In this document: in pieces, positions 54,101-64,000 of the stretch
How positions within the stretch are numbered: the stretch's first letter is position 1
How the letters are laid out: every line of letters begins with the position of its first letter
DNA from: Tubulanus polymorphus
Lineage: Eukaryota; Animalia; Nemertea
Direction of reading: 5' to 3'
DNA length: 64,000 nucleotides
Assembly (NCBI RefSeq): GCF_964204645.1
Contig: NC_134033.1
Span: 124,001-188,000 of the forward strand
Notes under the pieces: model-generated
Databases searched by the model: none
Seen by the model: only the letters and a program-made list of their open reading frames with translations
What the model was told of the DNA's origin: nothing
Translations under genes and position numbers: made by a program

Positions 54101-57100
54101 AGGACTCGATCCGTACACAAAGGCCAACAGTTACAGGACTCGATCCGTGCACAAAGGCCAACAGTTAGAGGACTCGATCCGTGCACAAAGGCCAACAGTT
54201 AGAGGACTCGATACGTGCACAAAGGCCAACAGTTAGGGGACTCGATCCGTGCACAAAGGCCAACAGTTAGGGGACTCGATCCGTGCACAAAGGCCAACAG
54301 TTAGAGGACTCGATACGTGCACAAAGGCCAACAGTTAGGGGACTCGATCCGTGCACAAAAGCCAACAGTTAGAGGACTCGATCCGTGCACAAAAGCCAAC
54401 AGTTAGAGGACTCGATACGTGCACAAAGGCCAACAGTTAGAGGACTCGATCCGTGCACAAAGGCCAACAGTTAGAGGACTCGATCCGTACACAAAGGCCA
54501 ACAGTTACAGGACTCGATCCGTACACAAAGGCCAACAGTTACAGGACTCGATCCGTGCACAAAGGCCAACAGTTAGAGGACTCGATCCGTGCACAAAGGC
54601 CAACAGTTAGAGGACTCGATACGTGCACAAAGGCCAACAGTTAGAGGACTCGATCCGTGCACAAAGGCCAACAGTTAGAGGACTCGATCCGTACACAAAG
54701 GCCAACAGTTACAGGACTCGATCCGTGCACAAAGGCCAACAGTTAGAGGCCACTCGATCCGTGCACAAAGGCCAACAGTTAGAGGACTCGATCCGTGCAC
54801 AAAAGCCAACAGTTAGGGGACTCGATCCGTGCACGAAGGCCAACAGTTAGAGGACTCGATCCGTGCACAAAGGCCAACAGTTACAGGACTCGATCCGTGC
54901 ACAAAGGCCAACAGTTAGAGGACTCGATCCGTGCACAAAGGCCAACAGTTACAGGACTCGATCCGTGCACAAAGGCCAACAGTTAGAGGACTCGATCCGT
55001 GCACAAAGGCCAACAGTTAGAGGACTCGATACGTGCACAAAGGCCAACAGTTAGAGGACTCGATCCGTGCACAAAGGCCAACAGTTACAGGACTCGATCC
55101 GTACACAAAGGCCAACAGTTAGAGGACTCGATCCGTGCACAAAGGCCAACAGTTAGAGGACTCGATACGTGCACAAAGGCCAACAGTTAGAGGACTCGAT
55201 CCGTGCACAAAGGCCAACAGTTAGAGGACTCGATACGTGCACAAAAGCCAACAGTTAGAGGACTCGATCCGTGCACAAAGGCCAACAGTTACAGGACTCG
55301 ATCCGTGCACAAAGGCCAACAGTTAGAGGCCACTCGATCCGTGCACAAAGGCCAACAGTTAGGGGACTCGATCCGTGCACAAAGGCCAACAGTTAGAGGA
55401 CTCGATCCGTGCACAAAGGCCAACAGTTAGAGGACTCGATCCGTGCACAAAGGCCAACAGTTACAAGACTCGATCCGTGCACAAAAGCCAACAGTTAGAG
55501 GACTCGATCCGTGCACAAAGGCCAACAGTTAGAGGACTCGATCCGTGCACAAAGGCCAACAGTTAGAGGCCACTCGATCCGTGCACAAAGGCCAACAGTT
55601 ACAAGACTCGATCCGTGCACAAAAGCCAACAGTTAGAGGACTCGATCCGTGCACAAAGGCCAACAGTTAGAGGACTCGATCCGTGCACAAAGGCCAACAG
55701 TTAGAGGACTCGATCCGTGCACAAAGGCCAACAGTTAGAGGACTCGATCCGTGCACAAAGGCCAACAGTTAGGGGACTCGATCCGTGCACAAAAGCCAAC
55801 AGTTAGAGGACTCGATCCGTGCACAAAAGCCAACAGTTAGAGGACTCGATCCGTGCACAAAAGCCAACAGTTAGAGGACTCGATCCGTGCACAAAGGCCA
55901 ACAGTTAGGGGACTCGATCCGTGCACAAAAGCCAACAGTTAGAGGACTCGATCCGTGCACAAAGGCCAACAGTTAGAGGACTCGATCCGTGCACAAAGGC
56001 CAACAGTTCAGTTAGAGGACTCGATCCGTGCACAAAGGCCAACAGTTACAGGACTCGATCCGTGCACAAAGGCCAACAGTTAGAGGACTCGATCCGTGCA
56101 CAAAGGCCAACAGTTACAGGACTCGATCCGTGCACAAAGGCCAACAGTTAGAGGACTCGATCCGCGCACAAAGGCCAACAGTTAGGGGACTCGATCCGTG
56201 CACAAAGGCCAACAGTTACAAGACTCGATCCGTGCACAAAGGCCAACAGTTAGAGGACTCGATCCGTGCACAAAGGCCAATAGTTAGAGGACTCGATCCG
56301 TACACAAAGGCCAACAGTTAGAGGACTCGATCCGTGCACAAAGGCCAACAGTTACAAGACTCGATCCGTGCACAAAGGCCAACAGTTAGAGGACTCGATC
56401 CGTGCACAAAGGCCAACAGTTAGAGGACTCGATCCGTACACAAAGGCCAACAGTTACAAGACTCGATCCGTGCACAAAGGCCAACAGTTAGAGGACTCGA
56501 TCCGTGCACAAAGGCCAACAGTTAGAGGACTCGATCCGTACACAAAGGCCAACAGTTAGAGGACTCGATCCGTGCACAAAGGCCAACAGTTACAGGACTC
56601 GATCCGTGCACAAAGGCCAACAGTTAGAGGACTCGATCCGTACACAAAGGCCCACAGTTAGAGGACTCGATCCGTGCACAAAGGCCAACAGTTAGAGGAC
56701 TCGATCCGTGCACGAAGGCCACTCGGCCTTGGTGCACGGATCGTGCTTGGTTTCGGTAATTTTTCCCTAAAATAGACGAAAGTCGAGAATCCGTGCCCCA
56801 AGGCCACTCACCAACGCGCTGGACTCACCTACGAGCACGGAACTTGATAGTTTTCTGGCCTTCATGCACGGATTTCATTAGCGTCACGGCCTTGGTGCAC
56901 GTTTGTGTTAGGAGAATGTCTTAGGCGTTTACGGCCACTTTGGGCCCCTGTCCCCGGGCCCCTGGGGGTATGGTAGGGCTCGATATCCCCTGGGTGCCGT
57001 ACAGCGGGTCGGGCTGTGTGGATGGGGGTCGTTCTTTAGGTTCTTAGTCTACCGGAAGTCGGGGGTATTCACCCCTTAAAACATGTGTAGATACGTGAAT

Positions 57101-60100
57101 TTGTGTAAAATTTCGAAAAATTCAAAGTAAACCGTGCACGAAGGCCACTCACCACGGCCTTGGTGCACGGACGTCTTATATCGGAATAGCCTTCGGGCAC
57201 GGAACTTGATAGTTTCATGGCTTTGGTGCACGGTGTATGAACGAGTGCTTAGCCCTAGCGCCCGGTCACTTTTGAGGGGTCTTAAAACCGATTTCTAGGT
57301 CGTCGAACATCACGAAACTACTCGACTTTTGTAGCCGGGGATGCGTAGCTTCGGTAAACGATGACGATTCGGTCGTCGAAACCCACAAAGCTTAAGAATA
57401 AGAATCGCAAAACCGTTCCTCGGCTGCGGGAAATCGCCGAAACTTCTCAGGCATATAGAAGAAGGCCTGGTGCGAGTGGCCAAATGAGTTGATAGTACCC
57501 CAGACCCTCACGAGGGGAATTCTGACCGTTTTCGTAGTAAAATAATATCCGTGCACCAAGGCCAGCCGTTCTATCCACCAATCTTATCCGAAATAAATGA
57601 CCAAAAATTCTGACCGCTATAAAACGCTTAAAACTGACGGTAAGACTTTGAAACTTATTTCGAGCATAAAGACTATTGATAAGAGTATTTCTAAACTTCG
57701 ACAGTGAAAATAAGTGCATAGGGGGCGCCAGGGTCAAGTTTCGAAAATTGAAAAAAATTTTTTTTTTTGTTGGCTAGACGAGTGGCACCCCCGGGGTCGG
57801 TTTTGACCCCCCCCCCCGAATGGAAGGCTTTGTCAGGGCTGGACTTTGAAATTTTCGAAATCCGTGCATCAAGGCCAGGTAAAAAGCTAGGGTTAGCGTG
57901 AAATTTTGGCCTTCCTGCACGGTTTTTTTTAGGTCAGCGTGACGTCATTTGGTATCCCATCATGCACAGCGAATCCGTGCATGAAGGCCGGGTTAGTCAG
58001 AAGACCCTAGACTCACCAACCATCAGAGCGGCCTTGGTGCACGGAAAACTTAGCCCTAGAAGAGGTAGCTCCCAAACCCCTGGGGCCAGGGCCCCAAAAT
58101 TTTAGGTGGTGACCCGTAGGGACTTAACTAGAACCTGGATGCCCATGACCCCCTCGCCCAAGCCCAGCCTTAGAAATGGTAGCCAAATTAGGGCTAGGCC
58201 CATGAATCTATTCAACTTTTTGTGAATATTGATTTTTGGGCACAATGACCCCAGGACCCTGAAATTTCATGTGCCCCAAGTCGGCCCAATAGGCTACCTA
58301 GCATACCAGTTTGGGCCCTTAAGCCCTACAGGGAACGGCCCAGGGCACATCCGGGTTAGCGTGAAATTACGGCCTTGAGGCACGTGCGTGACTTTCTAAT
58401 TAGGGCTGGCAGACGGAGTTTATGTCAGAGAGAGGCTGGCAGACAGAGTTTATGTCAGAATGAGGCTGTTAAACAACTAACCTTTGAAATAGAACGTGTT
58501 CAAATAAGCACTGATTAATTCAATACATTGTTGTTGTAAAGTTGCCGCAGATCGCAAGTAATCAGTGTCTAGTTGTTGATTATAGATGGAGTAACTGGTC
58601 GATAACGCGAGTGAAGAGAACAATAGCCACGAGTGTTCGTGAATATATGACTGTAGAGTTATAACAGACTTCTTACTGCTCCTTACTGAAATATACAAAC
58701 ATATAAACACTGTGATAATCTGTGGATTAAACCTTAGGATAATCTGTGGATTAAACCTTAGGATAATCTGTGGATTAAACCTTAGGATAATCTGCCGAAT
58801 AAACCTTGAGATAATCTGCGGATAAAGCCTTGGGATAATCTGGGGACCCTAGTTCGAGAAGTTTTTACTTACATGTTACCATTGGAAACTTGGTCACTTC
58901 ATGAGAATCTTTATGCCTGTTAAAAACAAAATTTTGAATTAATTTGAGGAAAGTAAACCCTCAACCCCTCACCTGTCACCCCTCACCTGTCACCCCTCAC
59001 CTGTCACCCCTCACCTGTCACCCCTCACCTGTCACCCCTCACCTGTCACCCCTCACCTGTCACCCCTCACCTGTGACCCCTCACCTGTGACCCCTCACCT
59101 GTCACCCCTCACCTGTCACCCCTCACCTGTCACCCCTCACCTGTCACCCCTCACCTGTCACCCCTCACCTGTCACCCCTCACCTGTCACCCCTCACCTGT
59201 CACCCCTCACCTGTGACCCCTCACCTGTGACCCCTCACCTGTGACCCCTCACCTGTGACCCCTCACCTGTGACCCCTCACCTGTCACCCCTCACCTGTCA
59301 CCCCTCACCTGTCACCCCTCACCTGTCACCCCTCACCTGTCACCCCTCACCTGTCACCCCTCACCTGTCACCCCTCACCTGTCACCCCTCACCTGTCACC
59401 CCTCACCTCTCACCCCTCACCTCTCACCCCTCACCTGTCACCCCTCACCTGTCACCCCTCACCTGTCACCCCTCACAATTACAGGGTTTACTACTTACAT
59501 TGATTTATAATTTCCTTTTGTATAACATCCTAAACACAGATCATAATCACCGCAATCAGCGCAGTGAATACGTGTTCCAACAATGAATGCTCGACAACCA
59601 TCGCAACCATACCTAGCAACGCATATCATCATCATCATCACTTAACAAACTCATCACTGAAATCTGATGACTAATGACTGAAATCTGATTATTGATGACT
59701 GAAATCTGATGACTAATGACTGAAATCCGATTATTGATGACTGAAATCTGATGACTAATGACTGAAATCTGATGACTAATGACTCACATTAAATGTACGA
59801 CATCGTGATCCTTCGTATGTCCGCCAGGAATATTAACATCGTCTGAGAAACAAGGGGCGCAAAGATCGATATCCTGACACTCGAGACATCGGTATCTTCT
59901 ACCGGGTAAACTGACGTTACATCCATCACACGCTATTTCAACATCCAATAATTCACAGAAACGAGCCATAAATAAATCAAAACTCTACAAATACAATACA
60001 AATAAATACATCCCTACAATATACAATAATTCACAAATCCGAGTGAAATACAATATAAACATACAATATACAACAAATCTATCCACTTAGAATCCACCCT

Positions 60101-63100
60101 GAACTATGATTAGAATCCACCCTGAACCATGATTAGAATCCACCCTGAACCATGATTAGAATCCACCCTGAACTAAGATTAGAATCCACCCTGAACTAAG
60201 ATTAGAATCCACCCTGAACCATGATTAGAATCCACCCTGAACTAAGATTAGAATCCACCCTGAACCATGATTAGAATCCATCCTGAACCATGATTAGAAT
60301 CCACCCTGAACCATGATTAGAATCCACCCTGAACTAAGATTAGAATCCACCCTGAACTAAGATTAGAATCCACCCTGATCCACGATTAGAATCCACCTGA
60401 TCCACGATTAGAATCCACCCTGAACTATGATTAGAATCCACCCTGAACTATGATTAGAATCCACCCTGAACTATGATTAGAATCCACCCTGAACTATGAT
60501 TAGAATCCACCCTGAACTATGATTAGAATCCACCCTGAACCATGATTAGAATCCACCCTGAACTAAGATTAGAATCCACCCTGAACCATGATTAGAATCC
60601 ATCCTGAACCATGATTAGAATCCACCCTGAACTAAGATTAGAATCCACCCTGAACCATGATTAGAATGCACCCTGAATTACGAGTTGTTACTGACCTTTT
60701 TCTGATCAGAAGATATTGTTCGATACCAAGCCTGAAAATTCTCCTCTTTTTTTGACTGTTCGTACCACATCATGTGCTGTTCGTAATCTCGCAGTTCGGC
60801 TTCTTCGTCGTACGTGGTTTTATTTGTCAGGTTGCTCTTGGCGACGTTTAACAACAATTGCGGCAGTTTCATTTCGACGAGGAATGATAAATCATTTGGT
60901 TGCCATTTAATGTCTAACAAGTGAAGCAGACAGGCCTGCATGTATTCAAATACTGACGTTACTACACTGAAAATATACACAATATACAAACACTGTTTAA
61001 TACAAACTGTGAGATCAACTGAGAAATTCCAGTTTTAAAACCGACACTCAGTTAGTTACACAGTTGTAGTTGTTGCGGTTCAAAAAGGAAAATCATCAAA
61101 CATTTCAAATTTTATGTTTTATTTTAACCTTCAACTATAAAACTGGCTGCTGAACCTGTTCAGAGTATCAGCAGTTACAACAGAATGGAGACTATCAGTC
61201 TATCTATAAATTCCTTCATGTTATAACACAAAATTCCTTGAGTGAATCAGCAGCAGGTGAATCGAGATATTCCCTGATTGAATCCGAATAATTCTAGTTT
61301 TAAATGTTACAATTCAGTCATTTCTTATAAATCATGTATTCACATGTATCAAACACAATAACATTATCTGAATTCCAGGTCAGGGGTACGCATCTGTTTG
61401 GAGAGATGGGTACGCACCTGTTTGGAGAGATGGGTACGCATCTGTTTGGGGAGATGGGTACGCACCTGTTTGGGGAGATAGGTACGCACCTGTTTGGAGA
61501 GATGGGTACGCATCTGTTTGGAGAGATGGGTACGCATCTGTTTGGAGAGAGGGGTACGCATCTGTTTGGAGAGATGGGTACGCACCTGTTTGGAGAGATG
61601 GGTACGCAACTGTTTGGAGAGATGAGTACGCATCTGTTTGGAGAGATGGGTACGCATCTGTTTGGAGAGATGGGTACGCATCTGTTTGGAGAGATGGGTA
61701 CGCATCTGTTTGGAGAGATAGGTACGCACCTGTTTGGAGAGATAGGTACGCACCTGTTTGGAGAGATGGGTACGCACCTGTTTGGAGAGATAGGTACAAA
61801 TCTGTTTGGAGAGATGGGTACGCACCTGTTTGGAGAGATGATGTTGTGTTTAAACGTTTGAATTTCACCAGTTATAAACCGAATGATGGAATAAAATGAA
61901 TGTCGCACTTTTGACTCTAATTCTAAACCGCAGCCTTCTAAACCATCGATAAAATGAGTAGAAAAATGACTTTCATACGAAAGAAACTGCTGCATAAACA
62001 AAACAACAGGAACCTGAAATATATCAATATAAAATCATCATCATCATCATCATCATTATACAGCAGTTAAACAGTTAGTGGACCCAGTAACAGTGAACCT
62101 GACTTCAACAGAGTCTGACTCTACAGTCAGAGCTGGATGCAGATTAACAGCGGGGAGGGGGGGGGGGTGTTATCTTTGCTCAGATAATTTGAAATAAACA
62201 AAATTCATTAACCTGAAAGAAATGTTGCGTTGAGTCAGTAACGAGTTTGAAGAATGTGTAAATGAGTTTAAACGTAGAGTTAACAGCTACAGCGTGTTCA
62301 GTTCTCTGTTTTAATAACATCTCGACGAGTTCAACGCTCCACACGGGATCTTTAATAAAATCCATCACTAGTCGAAACGACGCGTATTTCTCAGAGTCGT
62401 GACTCACACTACGACTCATCTGACGATCCAATAATAGTGACAGTTTACGTTTCCGTGACGACGCGTTTTTATTCGATTTCGTTCGATTCTGTTTGAAACG
62501 AGACGAAAAAAAGTCAAATTTACGAATTTGAATTCTATAATTTATGAAAAGGATTGCGTTAAAGATTCACCTCTGATCTGACGGGGATTTTAGTTAATCC
62601 AGCGAAACGCATCAGAAATCGAGCTTTACTTTTGAATTTATCAACTGGAAAAAATATAACGGAAATTTGTGTGGAAAAACGACAATTCTATTTTTACTGA
62701 TTTCAGGATCCAGTTCGACATTTGAACTGAGTTATTTTCGTACCCTGTATATCGACATCTTGCGTTGAACCTTTCTCCGCTTCAAGACGCATGAATTGTC
62801 TCAATTCAATCATGTGATTTCTCAATCCGTCTGCCATTCTAAACGCGTGATAAATTCCTTCAGATAATTCTACATCACCTTCTTTCTCAACTATATAGAA
62901 ATACAAACAATATACAGCAGTGTTACACAGTGCGGACTAAATAATACTTAGTCCGGATCGACCGGATATATTATATCATAGATCAGTGTTACACAGTCCG
63001 AACTAAAGCCTTAAATCTGGTCTTTAATTGTTAGATCAGTTCCTGGATTCAGTTTCACAGCCATAACATCTTAGACTAGCCTCAAGTTGACTATAGAACT

Positions 63101-63311
63101 AAGTTAGTCTTAGACTGGTTTAAATCTAAGTCACATGACTATGGAACTGGCCAGTGATGTGTAGAATTGTGGTGCGATTACTTACGATACTTGGTCACTT
63201 CCTCTCTGAGCGGCTGCGTGTGCCAGACCAGAGCGGCAAACGTGCTGTGAACCATTTCATCAAGCTGTACCCCACCAGCTGAACTCGAGTGACAGTATTC
63301 TATACACCTGT

Positions 63312-63355
<44 letters not shown>

Positions 63356-63935
63356 CAGCAGCAGCAGCAGCAGTAGTAAAATGAATTAGTTTAAACATAT
63401 AGAAAACATTGATAAAGAGGAATTTAATGCTTACTTTGTGAGTAATTTATTTGCGAGTTGTGAATCAGTTTTCGCGATTAGATTCGATAAGAAACCATGA
63501 ACCAAACCTTCAGCCGTATCGGCCTCCTACAAATAGACAATACCGCTGTAAGTAGATGATGTCATAAGGTGATACGTGTAGGCAGCCATGTTTACTCGTG
63601 ATTACTCACATATTTCCCGGAGAGCGATCTCTCGATGGTTCCAGTTTTGTCTCCGGCTCGGAATAAAGTCGTCCACAGATCGCTGCGTAAAATCGCTTGT
63701 TCTCGAGACTCGTGTTCTTCTTGTACAACTGTAGACTTCGGTAAAACTGAAATAAATAAATACTCAAACTGATGATGTCATAGGGGGATTTATAGAGGCA
63801 GCCATACGGAGTATAGAACGTACCTTTCCTGGAGTCTAAAGCTGCTCCGCTGAGTTGACCGAGAACTTTGATACTAGTCATATATAAATCAACTAACCAC
63901 GGCATGTGAATATCAGGAGAACCTTTAGCTGTTAC
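48151..63935 (-). CDS. ZZEF1: Zinc finger ZZ-type and EF-hand domain-containing protein 1-like, 3' part (5' exons outside window)
   Basis: 31 GT-AG exons traced by hand, 5' to 3': 63824-63935, 63610-63746, 63435-63526, 63186-63307, 62744-62890, 62571-62644, 62213-62488, 61826-62013, 60696-60966, 59788-59984, 59499-59612, 58873-58916, 58482-58685, 53034-53188, 52674-52954, 52471-52597, 52128-52316, 51899-52010, 51636-51814, 51329-51490, 51172-51252, 51034-51095, 50873-50956, 50617-50797, 50341-50520, 50051-50244, 49244-49513, 49022-49168, 48457-48622, 48307-48378, 48151-48222 (TGA). Tandem ZZ fingers, FPGDTLYYEF..NWGYRFTV and the C-terminal RALTELFYVAE motif resemble ZZEF1. Confidence 0.88.
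48657..48823. repeat. 22-bp intronic minisatellite
   Basis: Unit GGGTTCGAGTTCCACTCCCACT, about 7 copies. Confidence 0.95.
49628..50020. repeat. 20-bp intronic minisatellite
   Basis: Unit AGCCAGAACTGTGGAACTGG; homogeneous core with degenerate flanks. Confidence 0.95.
53193..53344. repeat. 30-bp intronic minisatellite, split by a 5-kb insertion (resumes 58404-58459)
   Basis: Unit GTCAGAGAGAGGCTGGCAGACGGAGTTTAT is found on both sides of 53345-58403. Confidence 0.9.
53345..58403. mobile_element. ~5.06-kb non-autonomous transposon-like element (family uncertain) containing a 34-bp tandem array
   Basis: Interrupts the 30-bp minisatellite with a possible GGCT duplication. GC-richer than the host intron. 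More than 12 dispersed CCGTGCACNAAGGCC-like motifs in both orientations. No transposase ORF seen. Confidence 0.65.
53394..56720. repeat. 34-bp tandem repeat array (~97 units)
   Basis: Unit CCGTGCACAAAGGCCAACAGTTAGAGGACTCGAT, head-to-tail with no unique spacers. Confidence 0.98.
58714..58840. repeat. 24-bp intronic minisatellite
   Basis: Unit GATAATCTGTGGATTAAACCTTAG, about 5 copies. Confidence 0.9.
58965..59476. repeat. 14-bp intronic minisatellite
   Basis: Unit CCCCTCACCTGTCA, about 36 copies. Confidence 0.97.
59499..59612 (-). CDS. ZZEF1: ZZEF1 exon encoding the second ZZ zinc finger (completed by exon 58873-58916)
   Basis: YGCDGCRAFIVGTRIHCADCGDYDLCLGCYTKGNYKS, continuing MHKDSHEVTKFPMVT in the next exon. 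Confidence 0.9.
59656..59785. repeat. ~21-bp intronic minisatellite
   Basis: Unit GACTGAAATCTGATGACTAAT, about 6 copies. Confidence 0.9.
59788..59984 (-). CDS. ZZEF1: ZZEF1 exon encoding the first ZZ zinc finger
   Basis: SFDLFMARFCELLDVEIACDGCNVSLPGRRYRCLECQDIDLCAPCFSDDVNIPGGHTKDHDVVHL. Confidence 0.92.
60088..60677. repeat. 23-bp intronic minisatellite
   Basis: Unit TTAGAATCCACCCTGAACTATGA, about 25 copies. Confidence 0.97.
61385..61840 (-). repeat. 24-bp minisatellite made of the ZZEF1 exon/intron junction (19 units)
   Basis: - strand unit CCATCTCTCCAAACAG|GTGCGTAC; the first unit overlaps the exon end at 61826. Confidence 0.95.
63314..63377. repeat. (CAG)n/(TAG)n intronic microsatellite
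   Basis: CAGCAG... tract immediately upstream of the acceptor of exon 63186-63307. Confidence 0.95.
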
Positions 63936-64000
63936 CTGTCAACACATATATAAACATTTCATCACAGGTGGAGGCAGGCTCCTCACAGAGGGCGCTGCCT

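Noticed and set aside
53394-56720. 34-bp repeats as a CRISPR array
   Set aside because: Units are head-to-tail with no unique spacers, there are no cas genes, and the array lies in a eukaryotic intron.
61156-61203. Extra ZZEF1 micro-exon
   Set aside because: In the required phase it introduces stops, and exon 61826-62013 already joins 60696-60966 in frame.
48597-61868. ORFs over minisatellites (48597-48886, 49608-50036, 53841-56695, 59269-59586, 61334-61868)
   Set aside because: They are translations of intronic tandem repeats. Only the exon-frame read-through at 61385-61825 is considered, under findings.

Overview
This is eukaryotic (metazoan, probably invertebrate) genomic DNA with spliceosomal introns, not a prokaryotic window. 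It has four zones. (1) 1-14775 is a 102-bp satellite array (~145 monomers, several monomer classes, a ~7.5-7.8 kb higher-order duplication). A TSD-flanked retroposon interrupts it near its edge. (2) ~15.2-19.6 kb is mostly unique AT-rich spacer. (3) ~19.66-47.98 kb is a tandem array of five 5.3-6.1 kb units. Each unit carries three intron-containing exons of an RNF19/Dorfin-type RBR E3 ligase (transmembrane and C-terminal part only, with a frameshift and a stop shared by all copies). These exons sit between ~590-bp direct repeats and inside what looks like a small spliced, mostly non-coding gene on the same (-) strand. The fifth unit holds a Penelope-like palindromic insertion with a hammerhead ribozyme motif, and its loop is a copy of the neighbouring gene's 3' UTR. 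(4) 48151-63935 (-) is the 3' portion (31 exons traced by hand) of a ZZEF1 orthologue. Its longer introns are filled by unrelated minisatellites; one multiplies an in-frame splice donor, and one 3.3-kb 34-bp array has grown inside a transposon-like element. Most ORFs in the supplied track are repeat artefacts or exons read through into introns. Homology calls are from recalled family sequences, not database searches.
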